Assembly (NCBI GenBank): GCA_951406725.2
Contig: OX597826.1
Span: 29,884,001 to 29,948,000, forward strand
DNA length: 64,000 bases
Direction of reading: 5' to 3'
From: Octopus vulgaris
Taxonomy: Eukaryota
This document shows, piece after piece, positions 26,706 through 39,959 of the stretch. Position 1 is the stretch's first letter, and each line of letters opens with the position of its first letter. The position numbers were made by a program, and so were the translations under genes. Under the pieces are notes generated by a model, which worked only from the letters and a program-made list of their open reading frames with translations, made no database searches and was not told where the DNA came from.

Positions 26706-27660
26706 ACACAAAGACAACACTAAAATATCACATTATTATGCTCAAGAGCAAAGACCCTGTTTTAAAAGCATCCAAAATAAACGAGGCCGCCTCTCAAGAT
26801 TACAAAGAGATTAACTAAAGAAGTCGTATATAAAACCCATCCTAAGGGAGCGTTGAATTTATTGATAGCCTTTTCAAAATTTCTTGAGCCGTGCTTGAGT
26901 GGGTGAAATGCTTGACTCTCAGCCATGTGGTGTGAGGGTTTGCAGCAAATCAAAAATATCGAAAGCGTTTAAGAACTTATTTCTCTCGGTTTCTTTATTA
27001 GCCACAAGGGCCCAAATATAGAGGGGGACAAACAAGGACAGACAGGTCACCACAGAGGGGACAATACATAGAACGAATATGATGAGATGATTATACAATA
27101 ATGGGGTTATGAATGGCTGCATGCGCCCTCATCACATGCCTTACCATTAATCTTTTTAAACTGTCGGTTTTTATAATGTATATACATAACAATTAATTAT
27201 CGTCTACCATTACAATTATTTGAACCGTTATACTTTCTCTAAAATTGTTCTTCTATTTTCCGATATTATTAAACATAACATAAAACACTTACTCATTTTT
27301 TTTCCCTTTTTTTCCTCCTTTTTCTTTTTTCTTTTCTTTTTTCCTGTCGATTTGACATATTTATTTTTAGTAATATTTCATTAGTGGTTCAATTTCTACT
27401 AAATCCACTAAGAACTTATTTCTCTCACGGCGCGACTTTGTAACATATGTTTATTCACCCTTCATACCTCCTGAGTTTTTTTAGGTTATATACACCTCAT
27501 GAAATAACTTCACTGATTAGATCTTTTGGACATCAGCTGCATGGGCATTCTGCATTACACTTCTCTGTATTGGATTTCGATGTGGTCTGTTAGCCGAGTC
27601 CGTTAAAAGAGTTATCTGTGACAGCCACATGATTCTTTGAATCCGTAACCTACACTACAA

Positions 27661-27755
<95 letters not shown>

Positions 27756-27888
27756 AAAGAGGTTTTAGAGACAGAACCACCTTCAACTCAATCAACACTG
27801 AAAGATTTTATACTCGACCACTCCATAAAATATTAAATATTAAATCTTATACTAACTATATTCTGAATCCCGTATTTACCGTTTATAA

Positions 27889-27963
27889 GACTACACGTGT
27901 TTCATGAAAGTACGTCGGTATTGATTAGATACGAGGTATCTAGTTTCAATACTTAGTCAGGTC
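27889..27963 (-). ncRNA. Decayed hammerhead motif
   Basis: Minus strand gac-CTGACTA(G8>T)...GAAAC-acgt-GTA-gtc, with palindromic stem III ACACGTGT. Confidence 0.45.
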
Positions 27964-28148
27964 GACATACTCCCAATCTTCAAGTCTGAGTTCCTCAATA
28001 TTTTTCACTACCCCTACCTCTCATATACCGCCATGATACTCTATATCTATTTCTTTACTACCCACAAGGGGCTAAACACAGAGGGGACAAACAAGGACAG
28101 ACAAACGGATTAAGTCGATTATATCGACCTCAGTGCGTAACTGGTACT

Positions 28149-29694
28149 GGATCTTTTCCTTTTGAACGGCACATGTCAACACAATTTCTAGTTAACTAAA
28201 CACTTTAAAACTTCGTATACTGGTAGAATGTGTCAAAATAAAACATTTTTTTCTCTTGGCTTTCTTGAGAAAATTGTAATTTGTTTGTTTAACGTAGTTT
28301 AATTTTTCGAATTTTAACCAATGAATCGCCTCGAGTGAGCTAAAATCATTTGCTGCGTCTAAAACTGAGATAACATCCTGTCACTAACCCTCACCCTCAC
28401 CCTCACCCCAACCCTAACCCTAAATTTTAGACTTTCGTTTTCTTTTTCTTAATTGTTAAATTAATTTAATTGTTACGCGTGTGTCTAAAATTATTCGTTT
28501 GTTTTTGTTTTAAGTTTTTGCTTTCGTTTTAGCCTTTCGTTATGTATACGTACGGAAAGCGTGTGTATAAAATTATAGAATTATTTGTTTGTTAATTGTT
28601 TAAATTATTTTCCATTGCTTTCGTTTTAGCCTTTCTTTTTTTGGATCTTTTCCTTTTGAACGGCAGATTTCAACACAATTTCTAGTTAACTAAACACTTT
28701 AAAATTTCGTATACTGGTAGAATGTGTCAAAAGAAAACATTATTTTCACTTGGCTTTCTTGAGAAAATTGTAATTCGTTTGTTTAACGTAGTTTAATTTT
28801 TCGAATTTTAACCAATCACTTGCCTCTAATTGAGCTAAAATCATTTGCTGCGTCTAAAACTGAGACAACATCCTGTAACTAACCCTCCCCCTAACCCTAA
28901 CCCTACATTTTTTTCTTAATTGTTAAATTAATTTAATTGTTACGCGTGTAAAAAAAAACTAAAGCAATGGAAAATAATTTAAACAATTAACATACAAAAT
29001 AATTCTATAATTTTTATACACACGCTTTCCGTAACACAGGCTTTCTGTATACGTACGGAAAGCATGTGTATAAAATTATAGAATTATTTTGTATGTTAAT
29101 TGTTTAAATTATTTTCCATTGCTTTAGTTTTTTTAACACGCGTAGCAATTAAATTAATTTAACAATTAAGAAAAAAATTTAGGGTTAGGGGGAGGGTTAG
29201 TTACAGGATGTTGTCTCAGTTTTAGACGCAGCAAATGTTGTTTACCTAAATGGAGGTAATCGATTGGTTAAAATTGCCGAAATGCTCGGATTTTCAGACG
29301 AAATATGTTAACTAGAAATTGTGTTGACATCTGCCGTTCAAAAGGAAAAGATCCCGTTTTTGTTTTCTTAATAGTTATCCTTAAATTAATTTAACAATTA
29401 AGAAAAAGAAAACGAAAGGCTAAAATTTAGGGTTAGGGTAAGGGTGAGGGTGAGGATTAGTGACAGAATTTTATCTCAGTTTTAGACGCAGCAAATGATT
29501 TTAGCTCACTAGAGGCGATTCATTGGTTAAAATTCGAAAAATTAAACTACGTTAAACAAACGAATTGCAATTTTCTCAAGAAAGCCAAGAGAAAAAATGT
29601 TTTATTTTGACACATTCTACCAGTATACGAAGTTTTAAAGTGTTTAGTTAACTAGAAATTGTGTTGACATGTGCCGTTCAAAAAGAAAAGATCC
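28149..29694. mobile_element. Non-autonomous foldback DNA transposon (GGATCTTTTC.. TIRs, 8-bp TSD) with (CCCTAA)-like repeats
   Basis: TIRs ggatcttttccttttgaacggc/gccgttcaaaaagaaaagatcc. TSD ctggtact/ctgctact. ~300-bp inverted arms. Confidence 0.88.
28643..29354. mobile_element. Second copy of the same foldback family nested in the first
   Basis: Same TIRs at 28643 and 29354; near-palindromic about ~29040. Confidence 0.85.
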
Positions 29695-30169
29695 CTGCTA
29701 CTTAATTTATCGACCCCGAAAGGATGAAAGGCAAAGTCGACCTCGGCGGAATTTGAACTGAGAACGTAACGGCAGACGAAATACGGCTACGCATTTCGCC
29801 CGGCGTGCTAACGATTCTGCCAGCTCCCCGCCGTATGATACTCTATATCTTCAATCTTACTTAACATATACAAATAAATAAATAAATAAAAATAACTGAA
29901 TATTAAAAATTTAAGGAGTAAAAATTTTAGGAATAAAAACTCAAGGAATAAACATTTAAGGAAAATAAAATTTAAAGAGAAAAAATACGAGTAAAAATTA
30001 CCAATAAAAGTTACGAAATAAAAATGAAATAATAATGAAGTAAAAATAGAGACGAAAATAAAACGAATGTTAACTTATCTTTTCTTTCTTCGGTGAAAAT
30101 TAGACATAGCTACATCTTGTAAAAAAGGTAAAATTCGCGTTTGATAATATCTGTGTATAGGATGTACGA

Positions 30170-31900
30170 CAAATAAATAACAGGAATTTCTTTATTTGGC
30201 ACCACGGCCACAATACAGAGAGGGATACTACAGGGACAGATACGACACCACAATGGGGAAATAAAGCATAAAACGAATGAGAATGAAATGTTATATAAAC
30301 GAAGAAAATCAAATGGCTGCAGTACCATTTGAACGTTTATACACACTATTTACAATCGTTCTATTTTTCTATTGTTTTTTCTTAATCATCTTTTTATTTT
30401 TATTTTTTTTTCTTTGAAACACTTTTACTTTTTTTTTCTTTCAACAAAACAACTTACGCTTTTTTTTTTCCCCATTTTAATACCTCATGTAAGGCTTCAC
30501 TTCTCTGAGTTCAACTCCACCAACACTCCGGGCGAGTCAATCTTGTTTCCGAACATGTCTACTTAGTCTATTGTATGTGTCTTTGTCGACCTTAATGGCC
30601 TTTATATTTTCTGAATATATATCCGTGGGTAACTTCACTCTTCTGATATGCTTAACTTTTACAATTTTTCTTTCTACCTTTTTGTTTTTTGCATATGTTA
30701 TGAAGTTCCATTTATTTTTTCCTCTTCTTGGTTTTCTCTTACTACTTCTATTTCCAGTACCTTTTCCTTTTCTATGTTCACTCTGAACGATTTTGCCATT
30801 TCACCCTCATACAGTTGCACTCCTGAATCTTTCTCCTTCGCTGAATTAACCGGCGTCTTCAACAGTTTCTTCCTTCTGTAACTCATTCTCGCACACTTTT
30901 CCAATTACATTTTCACTTTCTTTCTCCACCACCATTTTGTCTTCCTTTCTTCTGGTCGCATCTTTTATTTCCACCTCTTCTTTCTTCTTTTTCTGGTTAC
31001 CTGGCGGCGGACTCACTCTTCCACTTCTCCTTCTTTTTCTTTCTGCCACCGTGAATCCTTCCGTTGTTTTTTTCTTCCAGCTCCACCTTTACTGCCTGCT
31101 CCGTACTCTCCTGCTTCTCCATCTGTTCCCCCTGTGGGCACCTCGTCTTCATGTAACCCCTCTCTCCACATACAAAACATACAGACGGCCTGCCCTCCAC
31201 TACCACTCTCAATCTCAAGTCGTCGGGCAGCACCATCTCCTCAGCAATCCGATTTAATTCTTCTATTGTTGACTGGATAGTGAGCTCGATCCCGTATTCC
31301 CACTAGTTTATACTATTTGTCCTTGTGGCCTTCAGTATCTTGGCCTCATCTTTCATGTTGAACATTATGGCTGTCATCAGCGATGCTTTGGGGGTACTTT
31401 GCTTACTCGCACTCTGGCCACACGTTTGCCACAGTACGATGGCAAAAGTACCCACTCCTCCGATCTTATTGCCTCTGTTGCGTGCTTAATTGCCTCTTCC
31501 TCTGTCGCAAAGCGCACCTCCACGGCGGCATACTTCCTTCCTCTTGTTATGTATGTCTTTAGTTTTTTAATGCTTTTCAAAACCTCTTCAATTTCCTCCA
31601 CTATCGCAATCTTTATCTTTCTCGTTGCTATTTTCATTGTTTTAAATATAACTGTTCGTTTCGTAACACTGTTTGTCAGATCTGCAGGTGGCGTTAACTT
31701 CAATGTATCTCCTTCTTTCTCCAGTAACTTCTCACATTCCTTCATTTTTCTTGGTTCTACCTTAATTTCAATTATTTCCAACGTTTCCTCTTCTGTTCCT
31801 TTTCCAGTTGCGGGCGCATAACTGGTCACCCGCTGGCGTTTTCTCCATTTTTCCCTCAATGGAAAAATAAATAAAACAAATTACAATATCAACAAATCGA
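30170..31900 (-). mobile_element. ORF1-only (HAL1-like) L1/Tx1-type element, decayed
   Basis: ORF 31377-31859 (AVEVRFATEEEA, RVRVSKVPP) and 30997-31236 with zinc knuckle CFVCGERGYMKTRCP, followed by a basic/acidic tail and a 3' end with AATAAA. No EN or RT follows. Confidence 0.7.
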
Positions 31901-31974
31901 ACAGTAACAAACAAACCAATATTTAATTCTCTCACGATAAAAACACTCCGTTATCAACAACTCCACTACAAATA

Positions 31975-32960
31975 AATGACAGGATTTTCTTTATTTGGCA
32001 CCACGGCCACAATACAGAGGGGGACACTACAAGGACAGGTACAACACCACAATGGGGATATAAAACATAAAACGGATGAGAATGAAATGTTATATAAAAA
32101 TGAAAATATGAAATGGCTGCATGGACCCCATTTCCATGCAGTACCATTTGAACGTTTATACAATCGTTCTATTTTTGTATTGTTTTTTCTTTATCATTTT
32201 TTTCCTCTTTTTTTCCATTGAAACACGTTTACTTTTTCCATTTTTTTTCTTTCAGCGAAACAACTTTATTTACTCTTTTTTCCCCATTTTAATACCTCAT
32301 GTAAGGCGCCACATCTCTGAGCTCAACTACGGGCGGCAGTTCATCGAACTCCACCAACACTCCGGGCGGGTAAATCCTGTTTCCGCACATGTCTACTTGT
32401 CTATTGTATGTGTCTCTGTCGACCACAATGGTCCTTATATCTTCTGAATACACTTCCGTGGGCAACTTCACTCCCATGATATGCCTAAATTTTACAATTC
32501 TTCCTTCCTCCTCCTTGTTCCTTGCATCTGCTACGAAGCTCCATCTATTCCTTCCTCCTCCTGGTCCTCTCCCTTCCACCTCCATTTCTGGTACCTTTCC
32601 CTTTCTATGTTCACTCTGAACAATTTCTCCATTTCACCCTCAAACAGTTGCACTCCTGAATTCTTCTCCTTCGCTGAACTAACTGGCGTCTTCAACACTT
32701 CTTCTTCCTTCTGCAACTCACCCTCGCACACACCTCAAACTACTCCCCCACTTTCTTTCTCCACCACCACTCCATCCTCCTTCCTTCCGGTCGCATCCCC
32801 CATCTCCACCTCCTCTCTCCTCCCCCTCTGGCTACCCGGCGGCGGACTTACTCTTCTACCTCTCCCTCCTCTTCCTTCCACCACCGTGAATCCCTCCTCC
32901 GTTGTTCTCTTCCCCCATCTCCACCTGCACCGCCTGTTCCGCACTCTCCTGCTTACTCCA
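31975..32960 (-). mobile_element. Second, 5'-truncated copy of the ORF1-only element
   Basis: Colinear with 30170-31125 (ttatttggcaccacggccacaatacagag.., ccaacactccgggcg, ggcggcggact). Confidence 0.8.
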
Positions 32961-34115
32961 TCTGTTCTGTTAAACATTTTGCATTTTAAAGACCCACCTT
33001 TATCTTGAACGATAAAGTCAAAGGGCAGCATCAGAAGCATTGTTTATTCCACACTGTCTTGCTTTGGCCTACATTATTCATGTCCTCATTGGGAAATCTC
33101 CTGAAGTACAATCAACCGCAAAGAAATAACAAAAGAAAAAACATTAAAACGATAACAAAATAGCAAAGCAAAAATAATAAACTTTAATATATCTCGTGTT
33201 CTCGAAGCGTTCTTTTGCTTTTTGTTTTTCGATTCTGCAATATTCTTCTTTGATAATTTATTATTTTTGGCACCTGAAATTCGTATGCAGTGATTATTTA
33301 GGAAGAATCTTTAAAATAAGCTACGTATAAAAATTAGCAACATGTAAGGCTTGCTTTACCTCCGTTAAGTAATTTTACACTAAAACATGTAATCCATGTA
33401 CAGCTGCATGTACACGTTGATTAAAGAAGCACTAGTAGCAGTGGTAGTGTAACAGTAGAGGTAGAATAATGTAGTAGCAATAGTAGTAGCAGCAGTAGTA
33501 GTGGTAGTAGCAGCAGCTTGACATTGGTAGTTATTGTTGGCATTGTTTTGGTAAGGGTTGCAATAACATGAAGGAAACAAAACTCACATAAATACAAACA
33601 CAGACACAGATATACAACATACACACACATACATACTCATACACACATAACCCAACCCATACATATTCATATATACATATATGTGTGCTTATATATATAT
33701 ATATGTATGTACATATATATATAGATGTACAGAGATATAAGCATATGAACATATACATGTACATACACACACACATATATATACGTATATCAATACATGC
33801 ATGTGGGTGTATACATGTAGCATGTTAATAATGAAAATAAATAAATTGTTGATTTTCTGTTTCGTTCGGTCATGTCATTTCATTTTATATTCTCATGCAC
33901 TACCTTCACGTACAAGAAAAAAAAACAACAACAACGTACATACAAAAAAGACCAACAACATATAAAAGGTGATTATTTGGTGAAAAAAACAAGAAAAACA
34001 AACAAAAGGAAAAACTAAAAAGCAGAAAAAAGAGAGGAGATTTTTACTACTACTACTACTACTGCCGCTACTGCTGCTGCTGCTGCTGCTACCGCTACTA
34101 CTACTGCTGCTGCTG

Positions 34116-34157
<42 letters not shown>

Positions 34158-34232
34158 ATAATAATAATAATAATAATACAAAATAATAATCATAGATATA
34201 GTAATAATTAAATAATAATAATAATAATGATT

Positions 34233-34308
<76 letters not shown>

Positions 34309-34526
34309 TAATATTAATGAAAACGAAAAGCAGAAACATGCATGTGTATTTAGCAAATAAGTTTCTATTAACGAGCACGATGTTAATTGGATGATATTAA
34401 TTTGGGGTGAATAAAAATAGAATAATTAAAGATTTAAATAAAATAAAAATAAAATAGAAGCCTGCGAATTAGGGAAACGGGGGAAGTAAACCAAAATTAA
34501 GCAAAAAATAAAAAAAACACCTTCAC

Positions 34527-34566
<40 letters not shown>

Positions 34567-34969
34567 TACACAAATACACACGCACACACGTACTCAGATA
34601 TCTATGTATATCTATATACATAGATATACACGCATGATATACACACATAGATACACACACAGATACACATAATTATACACACACACAGATACATGTAGTT
34701 ACACGCACACACACACACAAATACACAGATACATATTGATATACACAGATATACACGCACGCACATACACAGATACACATAATTTTACACACACACACAA
34801 AAACACGTACACACACATAGATATACATACGCACACGTTTACATACCGTGTCATGGCTTTTCCTAAAGTTCTGCCGAGACTTGATTAAAAAAAAGGCTGA
34901 AAAAAAAGCAAAAAATAAAAACAGACTATTTACTTCGGGACATACAACATTAAATACAACCAACCGACT

Positions 34970-35581
34970 TTCTCTCCACCGCTTCCATCCTCTCTGTCCT
35001 CCACTCCGTCCTTCCCCCCTCTCCTCATCGTCCTCCCCGCCTCCCCCTCCTCCCCTTCTCATCGTCTTCCCCCTCCCCCTCTTCTTCCCCCTCCTCTCCA
35101 TTTCCTCTTCCTTCTCTTCTTCTTCTTCTTCTTCTTCTTCTTCTTCTTCTTCTTCCTCTTCCTTCTTCTACCTCCTTCTCCTTCTCCTCTTCCTCCTCTT
35201 CCTTCTCCTCCTCCTCTGTTTCCCTCCTGCCCTGTTCCCCTCCCCCTCCCTCTTCCCCCTCCTCGTCTTCCTGCTGACTTTTTTCTCTCCCTTGTCCTCT
35301 GCACCAGCTTCCGTTTCTCTCCTCCTCCTGCTCCTCCTCCACCCATGATTCCCTCCTACCTCTGTTCCCCCCATCGTCCTCTTGCTCCCCTTTCTTTCCC
35401 TTCTCCCCTCCTCCAGCTTCCGTTTCTCTGCTTCTTCTCCTCCTGCTCCTCTTTCTCCCCTCCTTGTTTCTCTTCCATCTCTTCTATTTTCTCTTCTTCC
35501 TCCTTCTTCTTCCTCCTCTCCTTCCTCCCCCTCTTCCGTCCTTCTTCCTCCTCTTCTTCTCTCTTCCTTCCTTCTCCTCCG

Positions 35582-35613
<32 letters not shown>

Positions 35614-35752
35614 GTCTCTTCCTGTTAACTTTCTCCTATTGCTGCTGTTGCTGCTGCCGTAACTACTACTACCACCACTACCACCACCACCACTACCACC
35701 ACCACCACCACCACCACCACCACCACCACCACCACCACCACCACTACTACTG

Positions 35753-35807
<55 letters not shown>

Positions 35808-36260
35808 CACTAATACTACTACAATTATATTCTTCCCATTAATCCATTAGTTTATTTTCTTTCCCGTCCCTTCCCCCGCTGTCCCTTTTCTTCTTTTTCT
35901 TCTTCTTATTTTTTTCTTCTTACTTCTTTTTTTCTTTTTTTTTTCTTCTTCTTCTTCTTCTTCTTCTTCTTCTTCTTTTTCTTCCTCTTCTTAATCTTCT
36001 TTTTCTTCTTCTTCTTCTTAATCTCCTTTTTCTTCTTCTTTTTCTTCTTCTTCTTCTTCTTTTTCTTCTTCTTCTTTTTCTTCCTCTTCTTAATCTTCTT
36101 TTTCTTCTTCTTTTTCTTCTTCTTTTTCTTCTTCTTCTTCTTCTTCTTTTTCTTCTTCTTCTTTTTCTTCCTCTTCTTCTTCTTCTTCTTCTTCTTCTTC
36201 TTCTTTTTCTTCCTCTTCTTCTTTTTCTTCTTCTTCTTTTTCTTTTTCTTCTTCTTCTGC
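34970..36260. repeat. Long polypyrimidine and triplet microsatellite block (CTT, CCT, CAC, TAC)
   Basis: Read directly from the sequence. Confidence 0.9.
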
Positions 36261-36849
36261 ACTTCCCTCTCCTCTTATCCCTTCCTCTACACCTTTTTGG
36301 TCAGCCTTTTATTCCATAGAAATATTCTGTTCCACTCAATCCCATCTTTTCTCTTATTCAGTTCTTCCACATCTCCTATTGCTTCTTGAAAAGCGCACAC
36401 ACAAAAAGAAATAGACAAAAAGGAAAAAAAAAAACCCAAAAAGAATGAACGGCGCCGAATTTTTATCTTCCACCTAAGAAAGACACTTGAATTTGTAACT
36501 TTGACAGCAGAAAACGTTAATCAATAAACTGAACAGCCGTGATAGATTTGAACCCCAATGTATTGATCTATGCAAATTCACTTCAGTTGCAAATACTGTT
36601 CAGTGAGGTTACAGCACGAAATATAAAGGCTTTCAACAATATGAAAGATGGTGTTAACATAGGACGCTAATGCTCTCTCACAGACCACCATTTTGTATGT
36701 ATGTGTTGTATGTATGTATGTATGTATGTATGTATGTATGTATGTATGTATGTATGTATGTATGTATGTGTGTATGTATGTGTGCATGTATGTATGTGTG
36801 TGTATGTTATGTGTGCGTGTGTATATATATATGTATATATATTATATAA

Positions 36850-36987
36850 AGGAGTGGCTGTGTGGTAAGTATCTTGTTTACCAACCACATGGTTCCGGAT
36901 TCAGTCCCACTGCGTGGTACCTTGGGCAAGTGTCTTCTACTATAGCCTCGGGCCGACCAAAGCCTTGTGAGTGGATTTGATAGACGG

Positions 36988-37041
<54 letters not shown>

Positions 37042-37270
37042 GTATGCGTGTGCATATGTGTGTATATGTTTGTGTGTCTGTGTTTGTCTCCCAGCATCGC
37101 TTGACAACCGATGCTGGTGTGTTTACGTCCCCGTAACTTAGCGGTTCGGCAAAAGGGACCGATAGAATAAGTACTAGCCTTACAAAGAATAAGTACTGGG
37201 GTCGATTTGCTCGATTAAAAGGCGGTGCTCCAGCGTGGCCACAATCAAATGACAGAAACAAATAAAAGAG
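36850..37270 (+). mobile_element. tRNA-derived SINE (family A)
   Basis: Homologous to 24797-25268. Confidence 0.9.
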
Positions 37271-37585
37271 TATACATGTGAGGACGCGTTTTGAAGTGGT
37301 TGAAGCGTTTCACTGACGATAGCAGAACATGGGTTTGATGCCCAAAGCGGGCGGTGAGTCGTGTTTTTGAGCAAAACCTTCATCTGACGTTACCCAGCGA
37401 AAGCTTCGGCATCTCCCCTGTGGCACAATGGATATTACCCGTGAATGTAATATCCATTTGATAATGAAGGGAGTGAGCTGATGTGCGGCACAAGCGTTTG
37501 ATTACTGTAAACAAATCATCAGTGTAGCTTATCCAATAAGAAATTGCAGAAACCGTTTTTCTCGAACTACGACACACACGTACTT

Positions 37586-37657
<72 letters not shown>

Positions 37658-37658
37658 C

Positions 37659-37879
37659 AGTTGTCATTAACTGTGACATGGGGTACAGGGTAGCACCTAC
37701 ATTACTGGAAATAAGAATTAAAAAAACTTTTAGAGCCGCTAGAAATCATATTTTCATATACTGACAGGGGAGATAACCGCCCCATACCAAGCGAGGTCAC
37801 TATATTAGTCTAGTTTCACTTGAAATTACAAGTTCATCTGTGCTACCCTGCACCCTCAGTAACTATTAGTGACAAGTGA
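37659..37879. mobile_element. Small MITE-like element
   Basis: Imperfect TIRs cagttgtcattaa..ggggtacagggtagcac / gtgctaccctgcaccc..ttagtgacaagtg. Confidence 0.55.
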
Positions 37880-37921
37880 GTTTGTCCTTTTAAGTTTTAT
37901 ATTGCGTATGGCTGCCTTCGT

Positions 37922-37965
<44 letters not shown>

Positions 37966-38076
37966 ATATACATATATGTACACACACACACATATATATA
38001 TATATATATGTATGTATATATATATATATTATATAGGTATATCTATCTATCTCTCTCTCTCTCTCTCCCTCTCTCT

Positions 38077-38115
<39 letters not shown>

Positions 38116-38709
38116 TTCATACATACACCGCAACACACACACGCTCACACGCATTGTGGACTTTCCTTATGGAAATGACAGATGGGTGTGACTCAAATTA
38201 CTCATGAGCAGCCTGTACTGATAATTTGTTTAGAGTGATCAAATGTTAGTGCTGTGCGTTAGCTTAATTCCTTCATAAAATCGACATTGCTTGTATAGAT
38301 TCACAATGTGCCACGCGTTAGATGTGTAGCAGTCACAGAACAACCGGAAATGAAGTGTTTTGCTAAAGAACGCATCATACTGCCTGGTCCAGGAATCGAA
38401 GCTATAATCTTACTATCTTGAGTGAAACATCTTAACAATTAACCCAAGTTCCTTCACTATACAACAACATATAATTATTTTTATTAGATTTACGCATATA
38501 TAATGCATGTAAGGATTTATACAGCTGAAAAGCAAAAATCGATTAATTCACTTCTCATTCAAACGTTGTTGGCTTTTACTAAATGATGACAGACTTATGG
38601 ATTGATAACTCAGGTTTATTCACGTTTCGTGCTTGAGTCAAGAATTGGTATTGAAGAACACGTAGCATTTATAAATGAACGATAAAAACCACTTTAGAAA
38701 TATAAACTA

Positions 38710-39400
38710 GATTTGGAAGAGTAGAGAAGACTTGATCTATGTCAGAAGAAATGAGATCAATAGTTTATGTTGTTTGTGTTTGAAAGGGAAGGGTTAACAC
38801 CAGTGTAGCTAGAAGAAGATTGAATTGTAACCTTTTGCGTAGAAACTAGTTAGGATAAAAAATTTTTAAACACATTTCGTGATAAAGATTGAAGTTTGAG
38901 AAGAAAAGGTGTGATTGTATGTTGGCAGCAAAATTGCGTTCTGTAATTTTTTCTTTTAATTTGTTAATTTTAGTGGGATAAACGGAAAATATAATACTGA
39001 GGTTTTTGCACATGGCTTGTCTTTGATAAGCAAATTTGCAACACATTTCGAGTCAAACAAAGTAGTTTGAGAAGAAAAGGTGTGATATACTTCGGAAGAA
39101 ATGAAATCAATAAAGTGCTGTTATTGTTTTCAAGTAGATAATAGTGTATTGAATAGAAAATAGGATTCGAAAAATGTTGGTGCAGCACGTCTTTGATAAG
39201 CAAATTTTAAAAACAGAATCAATTTAAACATTGGTTTTCGTGGACAAAGGCGTAATGTAAGTCGATAGAAATATATTCAATACAGTGTTTTTTAATAGAT
39301 AAGGTTTGTGAGTCGCAAGGAATTAGAGTTCTAGTATTTTGGTTAGAATAAGCAAATTTGTAAGACGTTCAGCGTCAAAGAGAGGATTTTAAGGATAAAT
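38710..39400. repeat. Old diverged ~170-bp tandem repeat
   Basis: agtttgagaagaaaaggtgtgat at ~38893 and ~39064; gtctttgataagcaaattt at ~39019 and ~39189; weaker matches at ~38720 and ~39345. Confidence 0.6.
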
Positions 39401-39959
39401 ATATGGCTCTCGATTTTCATGTTTTTATAAAGCTTAATGAAGAACAGAAGTGTTTATAACATTTTCAGGCATTCCAACTTTGGTCTAAGCAGATTAGCTA
39501 CACATTGAAGATTTGGCCTGAATGTCTGTAACAAACTGGACCTGGCCAAATGCAGACAAAGACCCGTGATGTTGTTAAAGTGGGGACAGGATGAGTCTCA
39601 CACGCACACATGAACTCATGCGCACACATAATTGCTTATACATACATACATACATACATACATACATACATACATACATACATACATACATACATACATA
39701 CATACACTCTAGATATGAAACCAATGGGTTTTTTTTTCTAAAACTTACTTTACGCATACAAAAATAAACTGCTCTATATTTTATAGGGTATGCTCTTCTC
39801 CTCATTTATGATCTAATAACGAAGATTCTTCGCGCCCCGGTCGCAAAGTGTATGATAACAAACCGCTACCAGGTCCGTTTCTCGCAACTCCACCGCCGGC
39901 TGGGCGCTTCTGCATAATCACGTATTATCCGTACTATTCTCTGCATAAATAGATTTACA

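Larger units (their letters stand above)
28049..29834 (-). mobile_element. tRNA-derived SINE (family B) interrupted by a foldback DNA element; 16-bp TSD
   Basis: SINE halves at 28049-28148 and 29695-29834. TSD atgatactctatatct at 28033-28048 and 29835-29850. Confidence 0.88.

Noticed and set aside
28385-28425. Telomere or interstitial telomere fusion
   Set aside because: Only a few degenerate CCCTAA units, sitting symmetrically within transposon arms.
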